Source: Pachysolen tannophilus NRRL Y-2460
Lineage: Eukaryota
Length of the DNA: 64,000 nt
Direction of reading: 5' to 3'
Assembly: GCA_001661245.1 (NCBI GenBank)
Contig: KV454014.1
Coordinates: 351,559 to 415,558, forward strand
The notes below the pieces were generated by a model. It did no database searches. It saw only the letters and a list, made by a program, of their open reading frames with translations, and had not been told where the DNA came from. Positions 34,758-46,316 of this stretch are shown here, in pieces (within the stretch, counting starts at the first letter, position 1; each line of letters starts with the position of its first letter). The translations under genes and the position numbers were made by a program.

Positions 34758-36684
34758 GATAAAAGAAAAGAAGAAGAAGAATAATAATAATAAAAAGAAA
34801 AGAAAAAAAGAAAAAAAAAAAAAAATTTTAAAATAAAAAAAATAATAGAAAAAAATTAAAAAATAAAAAATTTTCCTATATAGATAATAATAATAAATAA
34901 ATATAAAAGATAAGCAAGGAACTAAAGAGTTATTAAATAGTTTCTTGTAATAATAATAAGAATAAAAAATTAAAAGATTTTAAAAAAAACCAAAACTCAT
35001 ATATTTCAATTCAAAACTAATGATCAAATAATAAATTGAATTCAAATTTTTGTATTGTATATATCTTGAGCTATATTGCTAAAAGTGGTATTTATTTAAT
35101 AGATGAAGTATTATTTAAATAACGGTTTTTTTTCCTAAATTATTATTTTTATTTTTTCTTTCTTTTCCTCCCATAAAAAGAAAAGAGAAAACCCAAGTTT
35201 TAGTACTAATTAACTAATTAAATAATTAACTAAATAATACTAGTAGTGTGTAATTGTATTTATTGTATTTATTATAGGAACCACATATTATAAGCATGTG
35301 TTATTTAGATAAATTTATTGGTTTTTAGTAATTATGAAAAAATCAAACTTTAACTTGATTGATTTATATTATTTGTTAATTAGTCTGTTTGCTTGTAAGG
35401 CTAAATGATCGATGAACCGATAGTTTAAACTTTAAATCTCTTTACTGCGTTTTTACTAGTACGATAATTTGATTCAATTTTTATAAAAGAAATTATTATT
35501 GATGATGAAGATATTGTTATTTTTTTTTTTTTTGGAGATTTTAAGATGTTAAGAGGGGAATTTTTTTGAATTGTAAAATTCTATATTAGATTTTCTTCTT
35601 TTTTTTTTAAAAAAGAAAAAAATGAGTTTTTGTTATATTGACATCGCTCGTACTGGTGGTAATAAACATCATTCAATTGTTTGCTTTTTACTAGTAGATT
35701 TGGTATTAAATGGCAGTTATTTGAGATGTAATATTTGGCCCTGGATTTCTTTCTGGCTCATAACCACTAATGTTTAACTAGGTTTTAATCTATAGAATTT
35801 ATAAATTTTGTGGTTGTCAATGAGTTTTTTTTTTGAAATGAGTAAATAGGATAAATAGTTCTGAGACTATTGTTTTGTAATATCTTCAGTTCTTCTTGAA
35901 ACTTTTTCAAAGCGAATAATATAATAAATCAATTTATTCTTTACGGTATAAAAGATTTCACTGATTAGTTTTAAATTAATACCAATTTATCTTGATCAGT
36001 TTCTTTACCTTCCAACAATTTTGTAAATTAGTATGGTTTCTAAAACTAATGAGATGCTAATGGATGTACCTACGAAAAATTATAAAAATCAACAATATGT
36101 GAATGCAAGTGCAAATGCAAGTGCAAGTACAAGGTCCAAGGTCCAAGGTCAAAAGTCCAACGTTCCCCTCACCTTATTTTCACATTTCATTTACAAAATT
36201 TATCAATTGTCTAATGAACATTTTGCAAAACTTTTCAAGTATCCGATTTTATTCTTTGTAGAATCGTAAAGAAAAGTTAATATGAAAAATAGGGTTTCAT
36301 CTTTTCTTTGTAGATATTTCAATTCTTGATTTATTTATGGTATTACCTAAATGACTTGGGAATTCGTAAAATTGAATTTTTTTGTTTTTTGTTTTTAGTA
36401 GGTTCGGATCTTAAATCAATTGATAAGCTAGTCAGAATCATCAAGTGAGTCAATTGACAATTCTCATTCAATTAATCATATCATGTTAATTCGAAAACTT
36501 CAAACTTTTAAACTTTTAAAACTTTTAAAACCAATAAGGCGTGCGGAAATATTGTGATGTGGTAACTGTCAATTCAAGCCTCTTGAGGAAAATGGAATAG
36601 AATGGAATTCACAGCATATACAAACTCAAGTAATTATATATATATATATATATATACTGTTATTTTGAAATTGTGGATTTAAAG

Positions 36685-37854
36685 ATGTCAGCACTTGGGT
36701 TGTTGAAGATAACTCTATTATCAGCGATGATGGTGGTGTCATCACTTGTGTCGGGATTATTACCCTTATCAGTAAAACTTTCAAATCAGCGCTTGAAATT
36801 AATATCGGTATTTAGTATGGGGATATTGTTAAGTACATCATTAATTATAATAATACCTGAAGGAATAGAAACATTATATGAATATACCAAGAATTCAGGA
36901 GATAATAATAATGGAGAAAAAAATCCACGTTTAATAGGTTTATTATTATTATTTGGTTTTACAACAATGTATATTGTAGAAAATATTAATGTAATTAGTA
37001 AAAATTCAGATTCAAATAAAATTAAATATACAGGAATTAATGATAGTATTGATTCATTTAATGATAATGATTTTGAATTTAGATTGGATTCACTGCTGCT
37101 GCTGCTGGATGATACTACTAGTGATTTAGAAAGAAATAATATTAATAATTTTCATTCAATTTTAAAAATATGTTTAACTATACGTGATTTACTGATGGTT
37201 TCACCTGCTAGTCTTGGTCTTTTAATTCATTCACTTTGTGATGGTGTTGCATTGACTTCATCAGTATTAGCTGCAAATAAATCATTAAGTGTTGTTGTAT
37301 TTATAGCTATATTTGTTCATAAAGTTCCAACAGCTTTCAGTTTAACTTCAGTCTTATTAAATGAAAATATAAGTCGAAGATTAATAAAAATGCAATTAAT
37401 TGTTTTCAGTTTTAGTTTGGCTGTTGGATCAATTGGAAGTTTTATTGTTTTCAGTTCTTGGACTGCTACTAGTGATAAAGATGATGACATGAATAGTGTC
37501 GAATATTTTACAGCAGCATTGTTATTATATAGTGGAGGAACATTTTTATACGTTGGAGTTCACACAATGTTGGAAATCTTGGGTGAAGGAGATAATGGTA
37601 GAGACAACCAAGAAGATATAGTACCACAAAGACTGCGAAGTTCTGGAAGTGAAGAAACTGTTGTTGTTGATGGTAGTGGTGGTATTAATTCTGTCGTTGC
37701 TGCTAATTCAACCATTCCAACGGGAAGAAACAACAATCGTCATCATGGACATCATCATCATGCAGCAGAAGTACAAAAATTAAGTTTGAGTGAATTTGGA
37801 TTGAGTTTACTTGGTATGGTGTTACCAGTACTTATTGGATTGGTCAAGGAGTAA
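36685..37854 (+). CDS. ATX2: ZIP-family metal transporter, Atx2/ZIP9-like
   Basis: GLLIHSLCDGVAL, FVHKVPTAFSL, LYSGGTFLYV, His-rich loop, multiple TM segments; convergent with BUD21. First ATG at 36685. Confidence 0.85.
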   Translation: MSALGLLKITLLSAMMVVSSLVSGLLPLSVKLSNQRLKLISVFSMGILLSTSLIIIIPEGIETLYEYTKNSGDNNNGEKNPRLIGLLLLFGFTTMYIVENINVISKNSDSNKIKYTGINDSIDSFNDNDFEFRLDSLLLLLDDTTSDLERNNINNFHSILKICLTIRDLLMVSPASLGLLIHSLCDGVALTSSVLAANKSLSVVVFIAIFVHKVPTAFSLTSVLLNENISRRLIKMQLIVFSFSLAVGSIGSFIVFSSWTATSDKDDDMNSVEYFTAALLLYSGGTFLYVGVHTMLEILGEGDNGRDNQEDIVPQRLRSSGSEETVVVDGSGGINSVVAANSTIPTGRNNNRHHGHHHHAAEVQKLSLSEFGLSLLGMVLPVLIGLVKE

Positions 37855-37954
37855 AATATTTATAGTGATAAATGAATTTTTTGTAATATTATAAATAGAT
37901 TTTTCAAAAAAAGACAAAAATAAAAATAATAAATTAATGCATAAAATATAAAAT

Positions 37955-38662
37955 TTATACAATTTTCTTTAATGTTTTCCTTTGTAACCATTTATTTTTC
38001 TTATTAACAACCCTATTCTCTCCCACCGGTACACTTAATATCCTTCTCGCTCCAATGGTATAATTATTCCCATTATTTAAAACACTTACTGTAACTGGAC
38101 CTTTTTTCAAAGTTTTAGAATTATTTAATTTATTTAATTGTTTTAATTTTGCTAATTTTAATTTTTTCAACTGTTTCTTATCTGGTTCTTGAAAATTTAT
38201 CCTCTTTGGCTGAGTCAGTGGTAATGTTTTATGTAAACTCACTGAATCATTATCAATAGATTCAAGCAATTCTTCTGGTAAAATATCAGGTAATTCTGTT
38301 ATATCCACTTCTTTTCCCTGTTTCCCTATTATTCTTGCCTTCTTCTCCTGTTGTTGTTGAGCAAATTTCAAATTTTGTTCTCTTCGTTTCTGCTTTACTG
38401 TCTTCTTTTGATCTTGCTCTAATTTCAGCAGCTCCGCTTCTAATTTGGCAAATGTATCCACTCCACCAGATATTCCTTCTTCCTCAGGGGCATCTGAATC
38501 ACTTTCACTATCTTCTTCTTCTTCTTCTTCTTCATCTTCTTCTATTTCTTCATCAGCGGCTTTATCCCTAGACGAATCCGAAGACCGCAGTTTATTATAC
38601 CCACTATTTATTCCCGCATCTGAGTCCAGCACTACTGCTCTCTTAGATCTTGTGGTAACCAT
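37955..38662 (-). CDS. BUD21: U3 snoRNP/SSU processome protein Bud21 (Utp16)
   Basis: Acidic tract ending in SDSDAPEEE, then LPDILPEELL, KKGPVTVSVL and KNKWLQRK; adjacent to ATX2. Confidence 0.8.
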   Translation of the reverse strand: MVTTRSKRAVVLDSDAGINSGYNKLRSSDSSRDKAADEEIEEDEEEEEEEDSESDSDAPEEEGISGGVDTFAKLEAELLKLEQDQKKTVKQKRREQNLKFAQQQQEKKARIIGKQGKEVDITELPDILPEELLESIDNDSVSLHKTLPLTQPKRINFQEPDKKQLKKLKLAKLKQLNKLNNSKTLKKGPVTVSVLNNGNNYTIGARRILSVPVGENRVVNKKNKWLQRKTLKKIV

Positions 38663-39166
38663 ATTTCCTATCTCTTATCACCGGTTAACGATTACACACA
38701 CACACTGCTACTACAAGTAACTTCTTTTCCCCAGTATATATAATAGTGAAATCAAAATAAAACAAAATTTTTTCTTAAAAAAATTTTTTTTTTCTTTTGA
38801 AAAATGAAAATAAAAAGTTCCTAAAACGGACAACTTGTATTTCCACGCACGACACTGCATTGGATAATGGTGTTTAAGGCATCATCATCAGTTAGAAGTA
38901 ACCGACGACAAGTAAGAAACAGAAAGGAAGAGAGAATGGAGGTCGCAAAAAGTTGTTGAAAAAGACGAAAAAAAAGTGTAGATCTGTATTTGTAATGTTT
39001 CTATTTATTATAATGTAAATTTTTACGTTTATAATCGTTTATTATATATGACGTATTTAACGGATGAAATGAAAAGCATCATTTTTCCCCCGATATTTAA
39101 AAGTGTTTGGAATGAAATAAGAGATAAAGAAAGAAGAGAAATAAAAAAAAAAAAAAAAAAAAAAAA

Positions 39167-39517
39167 NNNNNNNNNNNNNNNNNNNNNNNNNNNNNNNNNN
39201 NNNNNNNNNNNNNNNNNNNNNNNNNNNNNNNNNNNNNNNNNNNNNNNNNNNNNNNNNNNNNNNNNNNNNNNNNNNNNNNNNNNNNNNNNNNNNNNNNNNN
39301 NNNNNNNNNNNNNNNNNNNNNNNNNNNNNNNNNNNNNNNNNNNNNNNNNNNNNNNNNNNNNNNNNNNNNNNNNNNNNNNNNNNNNNNNNNNNNNNNNNNN
39401 NNNNNNNNNNNNNNNNNNNNNNNNNNNNNNNNNNNNNNNNNNNNNNNNNNNNNNNNNNNNNNNNNNNNNNNNNNNNNNNNNNNNNNNNNNNNNNNNNNNN
39501 NNNNNNNNNNNNNNNNN
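39167..39517. other. Assembly gap (N run)
   Basis: N characters between a poly-A run and a 24-nt poly-G run (39521-39544). Confidence 1.
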
Positions 39518-39614
39518 AGAGGGGGGGGGGGGGGGGGGGGGGGGAAATATCTCAAAACAAAAACAAAAAACCCTATTTTGAATTTTGAATTTTAAATTTT
39601 AAATTTTGAATTTT

Positions 39615-40451
39615 TCAGGCAACACAGTAACCACCATCAACTACAAGATCAGCACCGGTTGTGAAGGTAGATGCATCACTTGCAAAATAGAGGTATGCAC
39701 CTACCAATTCACGTGGCAAGGCTTCTCTGCCCATTGGAGTTAGACTCCACCACAGTCTTTTCCTATCAATTGAAGCGAAATTGTTTAAATCTGTCTTTAT
39801 ATAACCTGGAGAAACGGTATTAACTCTTGCGAATCCTGCCCACTCAACAGCCAAAGATCTTGCCAAATGTAATACAGCAGCTTTTGAAGCATTGTATGGA
39901 GCTTGCATCTGTGGGACATTGACAATGTGTCCAGACATTGATGCGGTTGCAATAAAGGACCCTTTACCCTTTTTCTTGAAAATCTTTGCAACAGTCTTTG
40001 CACAGTAGTAAACACTATCAACATTACACTCCATAACGTTTTTATACTGTTCATCGTTATTATTAGTGATTTCATCCGAAGTCCATACAACACCAGCATT
40101 AGCAACAAAGATATCTATTGTTCCAAAATCTTTTTCAATTTGAAGAATTGTTTCTTCAACAGCAACCTTGTCATTAATTGCACACTTGTAAGCTTGTACC
40201 TTAACATTGTATTTCTTAGCCAACAGCTCGGCCTTATCGTGGCATGGGTGGGAATTATACCATATCGCAACATCAGCACCCGCTTGACAAAATGCTTCAG
40301 CAACAGCAAAACCAATTCCCGAGGAACTTCCAGTAATTGAAGCAACTTTACCTTTTAAAGAAAATAAATCTCTAACATCATTAGCAAGAACAGGATCACC
40401 TCTTGGAAGAGGACCAATATCTCTAAGTGCACTTCTAGCTTCCCTTGACAT
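39615..40451 (-). CDS. SOU1/SOU2-type short-chain reductase (sorbose/L-xylulose/carbonyl reductase), NADPH-type
   Basis: [39 protein letters not shown]. Confidence 0.88.
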   Translation of the reverse strand: MSREARSALRDIGPLPRGDPVLANDVRDLFSLKGKVASITGSSSGIGFAVAEAFCQAGADVAIWYNSHPCHDKAELLAKKYNVKVQAYKCAINDKVAVEETILQIEKDFGTIDIFVANAGVVWTSDEITNNNDEQYKNVMECNVDSVYYCAKTVAKIFKKKGKGSFIATASMSGHIVNVPQMQAPYNASKAAVLHLARSLAVEWAGFARVNTVSPGYIKTDLNNFASIDRKRLWWSLTPMGREALPRELVGAYLYFASDASTFTTGADLVVDGGYCVA

Positions 40452-40770
40452 TCTTTTACTTTTCCAATTATAAGTTTCTTTTTATTTTTTTTTTCTTTTT
40501 AAAAAAAGAATAACTTGATTTTTATAGTAGAATAAAAATCAAAATAAAATTCAGTTTTAATTGATTAAAAGAAAATTAAAGGAAAAACCGGGGAATTGTT
40601 CAAGATTTTATACCCATACAAAATATGGGGTATTTATTGTACATATTCAAGGTTCTCTGATTAAGGATGCTCCTTCCATTTGTTTCTTCACCAAAAAAGC
40701 AAAAAGTTAAAAAAAGGCAAAATAAAAGGGCAAAAAAGCAAAAAAAAATTCCCATAATGTTAAGTACCAG

Positions 40771-40778
40771 TGACGTCA
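40771..40778. promoter_or_regulatory. CRE (TGACGTCA; Sko1/ATF-type bZIP) upstream of the first SDR
   Basis: Perfect 8-bp CRE palindrome 320 bp upstream of the ATG. A Mig1-like AAAAACCGGGG lies at 40583-40593. Confidence 0.5.
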
Positions 40779-41092
40779 CGTACTAGTTTTTTTTTAAAAC
40801 GAAAAACAATTATTATTTATTGATCCCTTAACAATAACAATAAGACAAAAACAATAGTAATATAAAATCTGTAGGTCGTGGATTAGTGGGAAACAAACTT
40901 CCTAAAGAGGAAGTGGTAACTTTTTTTTTTCTTTTTTTTTTTACGTAGTAGGTAAGTAATCTATTATTATTTGTAAATATATATAAATATATATATATAG
41001 TGTATAGAAAGGGCAAAAACCAAAGAAAACAAAAACATAAAAGGGCAATTTTAAACCAATTTATAACCAAAAATTTTTTTTTTTTTTCGCAT

Positions 41093-41962
41093 TTAGACAC
41101 AGGTGTAACCGCCATCAACTACGATATCGGAACCTGTGGTATATGTTGCTGCATCACTTGCCAAGTAAAGATATGCCCCAACTAATTCTTGTGGTAATGC
41201 TTCTCTACCTAAAGGAATTAGACTCCACCACTTGGCTCTTATTTCTCTTGGTAAAAAATCAGATAAACCAGAATCAACGTAACCAGGGGAAACAGTGTTG
41301 ACCCTCGCGAATCCGGCCCACTCAACAGCCAAGGACTTTCCAAGATGGACGCATGCGGCTTTGGCAACATTATAACAAGTTTGCAGGTTTGGAACGTTTG
41401 CAATATGACCCGATTGTGAAGCAGTAATAATGAATGAACCATGTTTGTTTTTCTTGAAAATATGGCCAACAACTTTAGCACAGTAATATACAGCATTCAA
41501 ATCAACATCGATTAATCTTCTCCATTTTTCAACAGATTCATTGACTGGATCCAAGATTGGGCCCGTGGTCCATGCAATACCAGCATTTGCCACGAAAACG
41601 TCAATAGTACCGAAATCCTTCTCAACGTCTAAAATTATTTTTTCAACGTCTTCAGAGACCGTAACGTCAACCTGATATGCAGCAACTCTGTTTCCATACT
41701 CTGAGGCTAGTTTCTTTGCAGAGATAGAACCATCATTATAATCTATAATTGCAATATCTGCACCTGCTTGACTATAGCATTCAGCAATTGCAAAACCAAT
41801 ACCTCTAGCTGCTCCAGTAATAACTGCAACTTTCCCTTTTAAAGAAAACGCATCAAAAATATTTGTTTTCAATTCTGGTGTTGGAAACGGTAATTCTTGA
41901 GTAAATTCGTCAGAAATATAAGACCTAGTTGGTCCTTGGTATTCTTGTGTTTGAACAGTCAT
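41093..41962 (-). CDS. Second SOU-like short-chain carbonyl reductase, probably NADH-type
   Basis: TGAARGIG, AIIDYN (Asp at the end of beta2), FVANAG, YNVAK, VDGGYTCV. Confidence 0.88.
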   Translation of the reverse strand: MTVQTQEYQGPTRSYISDEFTQELPFPTPELKTNIFDAFSLKGKVAVITGAARGIGFAIAECYSQAGADIAIIDYNDGSISAKKLASEYGNRVAAYQVDVTVSEDVEKIILDVEKDFGTIDVFVANAGIAWTTGPILDPVNESVEKWRRLIDVDLNAVYYCAKVVGHIFKKNKHGSFIITASQSGHIANVPNLQTCYNVAKAACVHLGKSLAVEWAGFARVNTVSPGYVDSGLSDFLPREIRAKWWSLIPLGREALPQELVGAYLYLASDAATYTTGSDIVVDGGYTCV

Positions 41963-42689
41963 TTTATAATAATAAACTCTAATGATAATAAATATTTAAA
42001 TAAAAGAAAAGAAAAAAAAAATTATATTCTACATTTATCTATCTATATATACTTTCTATTAAAGTTGGAATTTTTTTCCACCTTTTTTGATCATCTATGA
42101 TCATCTATTGAAAAAAGCCTAAAAGAATGGATTTCCGAAAGGAAAGGCGTGTGTTGCTTATTAGAAGATAGTTTATCCGTCGTTTCTTTTTTTTTAAAAA
42201 GAAAGTTTTTCCGTTTTAATCCAATAAAGTTATGAAATCAAGCAGAAGAAGAGAACAGGCATCACACATAAATTCACGGAAAATAATTCAATATAAAGAT
42301 TTAAATTTTGAATTCTTATTTATTGTTATTAACTTCAAGAATAAAACAATATTTGCCATTTCTGGTTTGAAAATTTGGGGAAGGTACAAATGTTAAAAAA
42401 TAAAACGCACGCTAAATTTATGTCCGCTTACTTCTACCCCAGATTCGTTGAAAAAAAAAAAAAAAAAAAAATTTGAAAAATTTAAAACGGGATTCCGTCT
42501 GTTTAAAGTAAGTTATCTCTACCTTTTCTTTCATCACCTTCTGTTATACTATTGTACGTACCTCTTATTGGAGTAACGGTATAGAAGAAAATAATAGAGA
42601 TATGAATAAAAAAGAAAAAGCTTAATATTAGAACTACCCTAGATTTACTTAGTTGAAAATGGAGGAAAAAAAAAGAGAAAACAGTGTTA

Positions 42690-43538
42690 CTATTTAAAGA
42701 AATGATGTAAATCTTTTAACCAATTCACATACTCATCGTTTTCTTTAACTTTTGAAAATTCAACAATAAATCGAGCCAATTCATAATCAACACCAATATC
42801 TTGTAAATATAACTCAAAAAATTCTTGTACAGAATCTTCCAATAAGTCAAAGTCTGGACCTGAATATTGTAAATTTTTCAGGTATTGCAGTGCAGAAGAT
42901 ACCGATAAAGCATACTGGTTATCTTTATAAACGGTCATTGACTGCGTTATAAATCTCATATCATCAATTAATAAATATGAGTGGATACCTAAAGATTGAT
43001 TTTTTGCTGGATTTTCAATTATAAAATTGACATTCATTGGAATGTCTTCAGGTGGAAATTCCAGTTCTATATCCTTAGATTCTCTAATACTACCATCAGC
43101 ATCTTCATCTTCTTCTTCTGCTTCTTCTTCTGCTTCTCGTTGTAATCTTTCCCTTTGTAAACCAGCATTATATATTTCATTTAACTCTGTGGAATCAAAA
43201 AATATATGAAGTTTTTGACCATCTGGTAATTTTTTAGAAATTTTGACTAATTTTTCTGAAATTGTATTTTCAATTTCTAACTGGTGTTTATGAATATAAT
43301 CTTTTTCAACATCTTCCAAGAGTAATGGCTGGCTTTGTTCCAATACATATTCACTTTCTAATACTTTAACCAATTCATCTTTTATGCTTGAAGATTCATT
43401 GAAAACAAAAGATTTATTTGTGAAAAAACGGTACAGAGAAAACCGGTTATTAAAGGATATTGTACTTGCTCGATTAAATTGTCTTTGACTAAGATTTAAA
43501 ATCCTAATCAGACATTGACGAGTATTTGAAATTAACAT
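42690..43538 (-). CDS. MAM33: Mitochondrial acidic matrix protein Mam33 (C1QBP family)
   Basis: Arg/Ser-rich presequence, acidic loop, C-terminal YSGPDFDLLEDSVQ...KENDEYVNWL. Confidence 0.88.
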   Translation of the reverse strand: MLISNTRQCLIRILNLSQRQFNRASTISFNNRFSLYRFFTNKSFVFNESSSIKDELVKVLESEYVLEQSQPLLLEDVEKDYIHKHQLEIENTISEKLVKISKKLPDGQKLHIFFDSTELNEIYNAGLQRERLQREAEEEAEEEDEDADGSIRESKDIELEFPPEDIPMNVNFIIENPAKNQSLGIHSYLLIDDMRFITQSMTVYKDNQYALSVSSALQYLKNLQYSGPDFDLLEDSVQEFFELYLQDIGVDYELARFIVEFSKVKENDEYVNWLKDLHHFFK

Positions 43539-43946
43539 ATTTGAGAATCCTCAACGAAAACTTTGACTAAATAAAAGAGTCTTACCAGATATCTAGTTAT
43601 ATATAGTGAGTGGTAAGTAAGTATACCTCATTAGAGCTGATCATCTCATTTTTTTAACTTTTTTTTTTTTTTTTTTTTTTTTTGTGCCGGATTGCAGATT
43701 TGAAGAAATTGCTGTTTTACAAAGAAACTATACAACGAAATTATCTTTTTTTTTCTACGTTATGGTTGGTTGAGTGAACAAATGAAAATCCGTTTAAATT
43801 TTATTTGGTTCTAGTCTAGTGCTAATGACAAAGTCAAAGTTTAGTTAAACACAGAAAAATCAATATAAATAATGATTGAAAGTCAGTAACTGTACAATTT
43901 TTTTTTTCTTTTTAATAAGTATATACTTTAATTTTTTTTTTTTTTT

Positions 43947-46316
43947 TTAAATCTGAAGTAATCTAGTACGTCTTTTTTCGATTTTTGATACATCTAACCC
44001 TCCACCTGCAAAGTGTAACGCCCTTTCTCTTTCGAATTGAATTTCCATGAGTCCGTCTCTTTCACAAAGTGGCATTTGATCAACTATGAAATAATCTCTA
44101 GTGATAAATTCTCCACATTTATGACATGTTAAACATCCTGGATGGAATTTTTCTTTATTTTCATTTTCAAGACATTGTCCTTCAATACCTTTTGTACAGA
44201 TATGACATAATGAATCGTTTAATTCGTGGAAATGCTGTTCACAGTATGGGTGGTCTTGAATAACGTAACAATTGGAACCTTTATCAAAAACCATCAGACA
44301 GTTGTGGCAACTGAAACAATCTCTGTGCCAACGACCTGAAAGCTGACCATCTTTTGACCAGATTGATTTCCCGATTATATTTAGTCCACATCTACGACAT
44401 GGACCTTTACCTGCAGGGTATTTGATATCAGGTTTTTCGTTGGAAATAACTTGTTGTGTCTGTTGATGCTGCTGCAATTGTTGTTGCAGTTGTTGTTGTT
44501 GCAGATGCTGACACTGCTGAGACTGTGACTCTTGTTCATTCAACTTCGAATTTGGTGGTACATGTACATTTGTTGATTGGAAAAAATCAGATCTAGGGGA
44601 ATCCATAGGAGTGCTGTTACCACTTAAATTAATGTTAATAGCTTTCAGCTGTTTTGAAAAATTTAACTGTGGATTATCCAATGATTTAGGAGATGCTGAA
44701 GAAGTCTTACCGGAGAAAAATAATGGCTTAGTCTGTTCTTCTAAATCTATATTATTCGGTAATATCTTATGATGAACAAATTTTTCACTGATTGCTTTAT
44801 CTGCATCAGCTAATCTTTCACTAACTGAAGGCAGAGTAAAGTTATCATCATATTTTAAATTTTGTTCTGCAGATTTCACTGGTGATTTGGTACTAGTTGT
44901 AGTAGTTGTATCCGGTGTTGTTGTGTTATTATATCCATTTTTTTCATCAAAATATTCATCTTCTTCACCTCCTGTTAAGTCACTATATACTCTGCTTCTA
45001 AATTCTTCAATTGTCAAATTTTTATTATTATTATTACTATTATTAATATTATTAATGTTATTATTATTATTATTATTATTATTATCATTAACGCTATATT
45101 GCGGAGAATCGTTAACAAATACATGATACAGTAATTTCGGGGTTTGTTGTGCTTTTGTACCCGTTAATGCTTCATAAGTTTTATCTCTATTCATGTAAAC
45201 ACTGTTGTTATTGACATTACCATAAATACTAGAAGGTTCAAATGAGTTATCTTGAATTGGTCCATAGAAATCTTCTGGGTTATCACTACTATTATCCCCT
45301 GTATGATTCACTGAGATTTTTGGTACATTTATCACTGGTATTTGGAAAGAATTATTTTCACGTTGATGAGGAGCACCTACTGGAATATCAGATTCAACAT
45401 CAACGTCAACATCATGATCAGTATCATGGTCAGGGTCAGTCTCATGATCGATATTTGAGTCAATATCAGAATCAACGGGTTGTGCAATGATACTTGTGAC
45501 AAGTGGTCCATCAGGCTTGTTATTATTAAGTTCAAATTTTTTATCAAATTCTGCAATTGAAGATGTATAACTAGCTGTATCTAAATTCTTTCTTTTCCCA
45601 GGTCCTAAAAATCCATTTTCTTCAATTTTTAAATTCAAATTTTGATTTGTTAAATTTGAATTTTGGAAAATAAAATCTGAAGAATCTGTATTATCCAGCA
45701 GTTCAGGGATTGTAAATTTTTCTTGACTTTTTGGAGAAATTAAACCTTGAACTTTTGGACTTGGATAAGAAGATTTTTCATTAGAAGATTTTTCTTCAAA
45801 ATCAGATTCTGTTGGAGTTCTTAAATGTGTATTATTATTTTGAGTTTTAATTGATGAATTACTTGCAATAATACCAACATCACTAAAATTTCTAGTTTCC
45901 TTATATAAAGAAGGTTGTGAATGATTCAATGAAGCAATATCAGGATTACTTTGAGAAGAAGAAACCAGATATTGAGTATCCCCTTTTTTAATTTTATCAT
46001 CTGTACCTCTAGGAAATCTTTTCGCTTCATTAGGACTTGGTGAATTTTTAGCAGACTTGGCAAACATCGAATTACATTGAGATGGATGATCAATATCATG
46101 TGAATGTGAATGATTCTTATAATCCCCTTTATAAACTTCAAATCCAGCTCTTTCATAAACACCCCTATATTTTTTATCTGGATGTAATGGAGGGAAGGGA
46201 GAATTGAACCTAAATGAAGGATTATTTCGAATAAATCGAGGTAAAGAATCCATCGTTGGTGATTGCGGTACTCCTGAATCACCCTTTCTCAGTTGCAACT
46301 TTGTCTTTTCAAACAT
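43947..46316 (-). CDS. PXL1: Paxillin-like LIM-domain protein
   Basis: N-terminal YRGVYERAGF; two C-terminal LIM domains (GPCRRC...GRWHRDCFSC...YCEQHFHELNDSLCHIC); ends IEKRRTRL. Confidence 0.88.
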   Translation of the reverse strand: MFEKTKLQLRKGDSGVPQSPTMDSLPRFIRNNPSFRFNSPFPPLHPDKKYRGVYERAGFEVYKGDYKNHSHSHDIDHPSQCNSMFAKSAKNSPSPNEAKRFPRGTDDKIKKGDTQYLVSSSQSNPDIASLNHSQPSLYKETRNFSDVGIIASNSSIKTQNNNTHLRTPTESDFEEKSSNEKSSYPSPKVQGLISPKSQEKFTIPELLDNTDSSDFIFQNSNLTNQNLNLKIEENGFLGPGKRKNLDTASYTSSIAEFDKKFELNNNKPDGPLVTSIIAQPVDSDIDSNIDHETDPDHDTDHDVDVDVESDIPVGAPHQRENNSFQIPVINVPKISVNHTGDNSSDNPEDFYGPIQDNSFEPSSIYGNVNNNSVYMNRDKTYEALTGTKAQQTPKLLYHVFVNDSPQYSVNDNNNNNNNNNINNINNSNNNNKNLTIEEFRSRVYSDLTGGEEDEYFDEKNGYNNTTTPDTTTTTSTKSPVKSAEQNLKYDDNFTLPSVSERLADADKAISEKFVHHKILPNNIDLEEQTKPLFFSGKTSSASPKSLDNPQLNFSKQLKAININLSGNSTPMDSPRSDFFQSTNVHVPPNSKLNEQESQSQQCQHLQQQQLQQQLQQHQQTQQVISNEKPDIKYPAGKGPCRRCGLNIIGKSIWSKDGQLSGRWHRDCFSCHNCLMVFDKGSNCYVIQDHPYCEQHFHELNDSLCHICTKGIEGQCLENENKEKFHPGCLTCHKCGEFITRDYFIVDQMPLCERDGLMEIQFERERALHFAGGGLDVSKIEKRRTRLLQI

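Noticed and set aside
34758..36684. 1.9-kb AT-rich PDE2/ATX2 intergenic region as a possible centromere or snoRNA locus; includes a 78-aa ORF at 36033-36269
   Set aside because: No CDE elements, long inverted repeats, LTRs or paired C/D boxes with terminal stems that I could support; consistent with a long divergent promoter.
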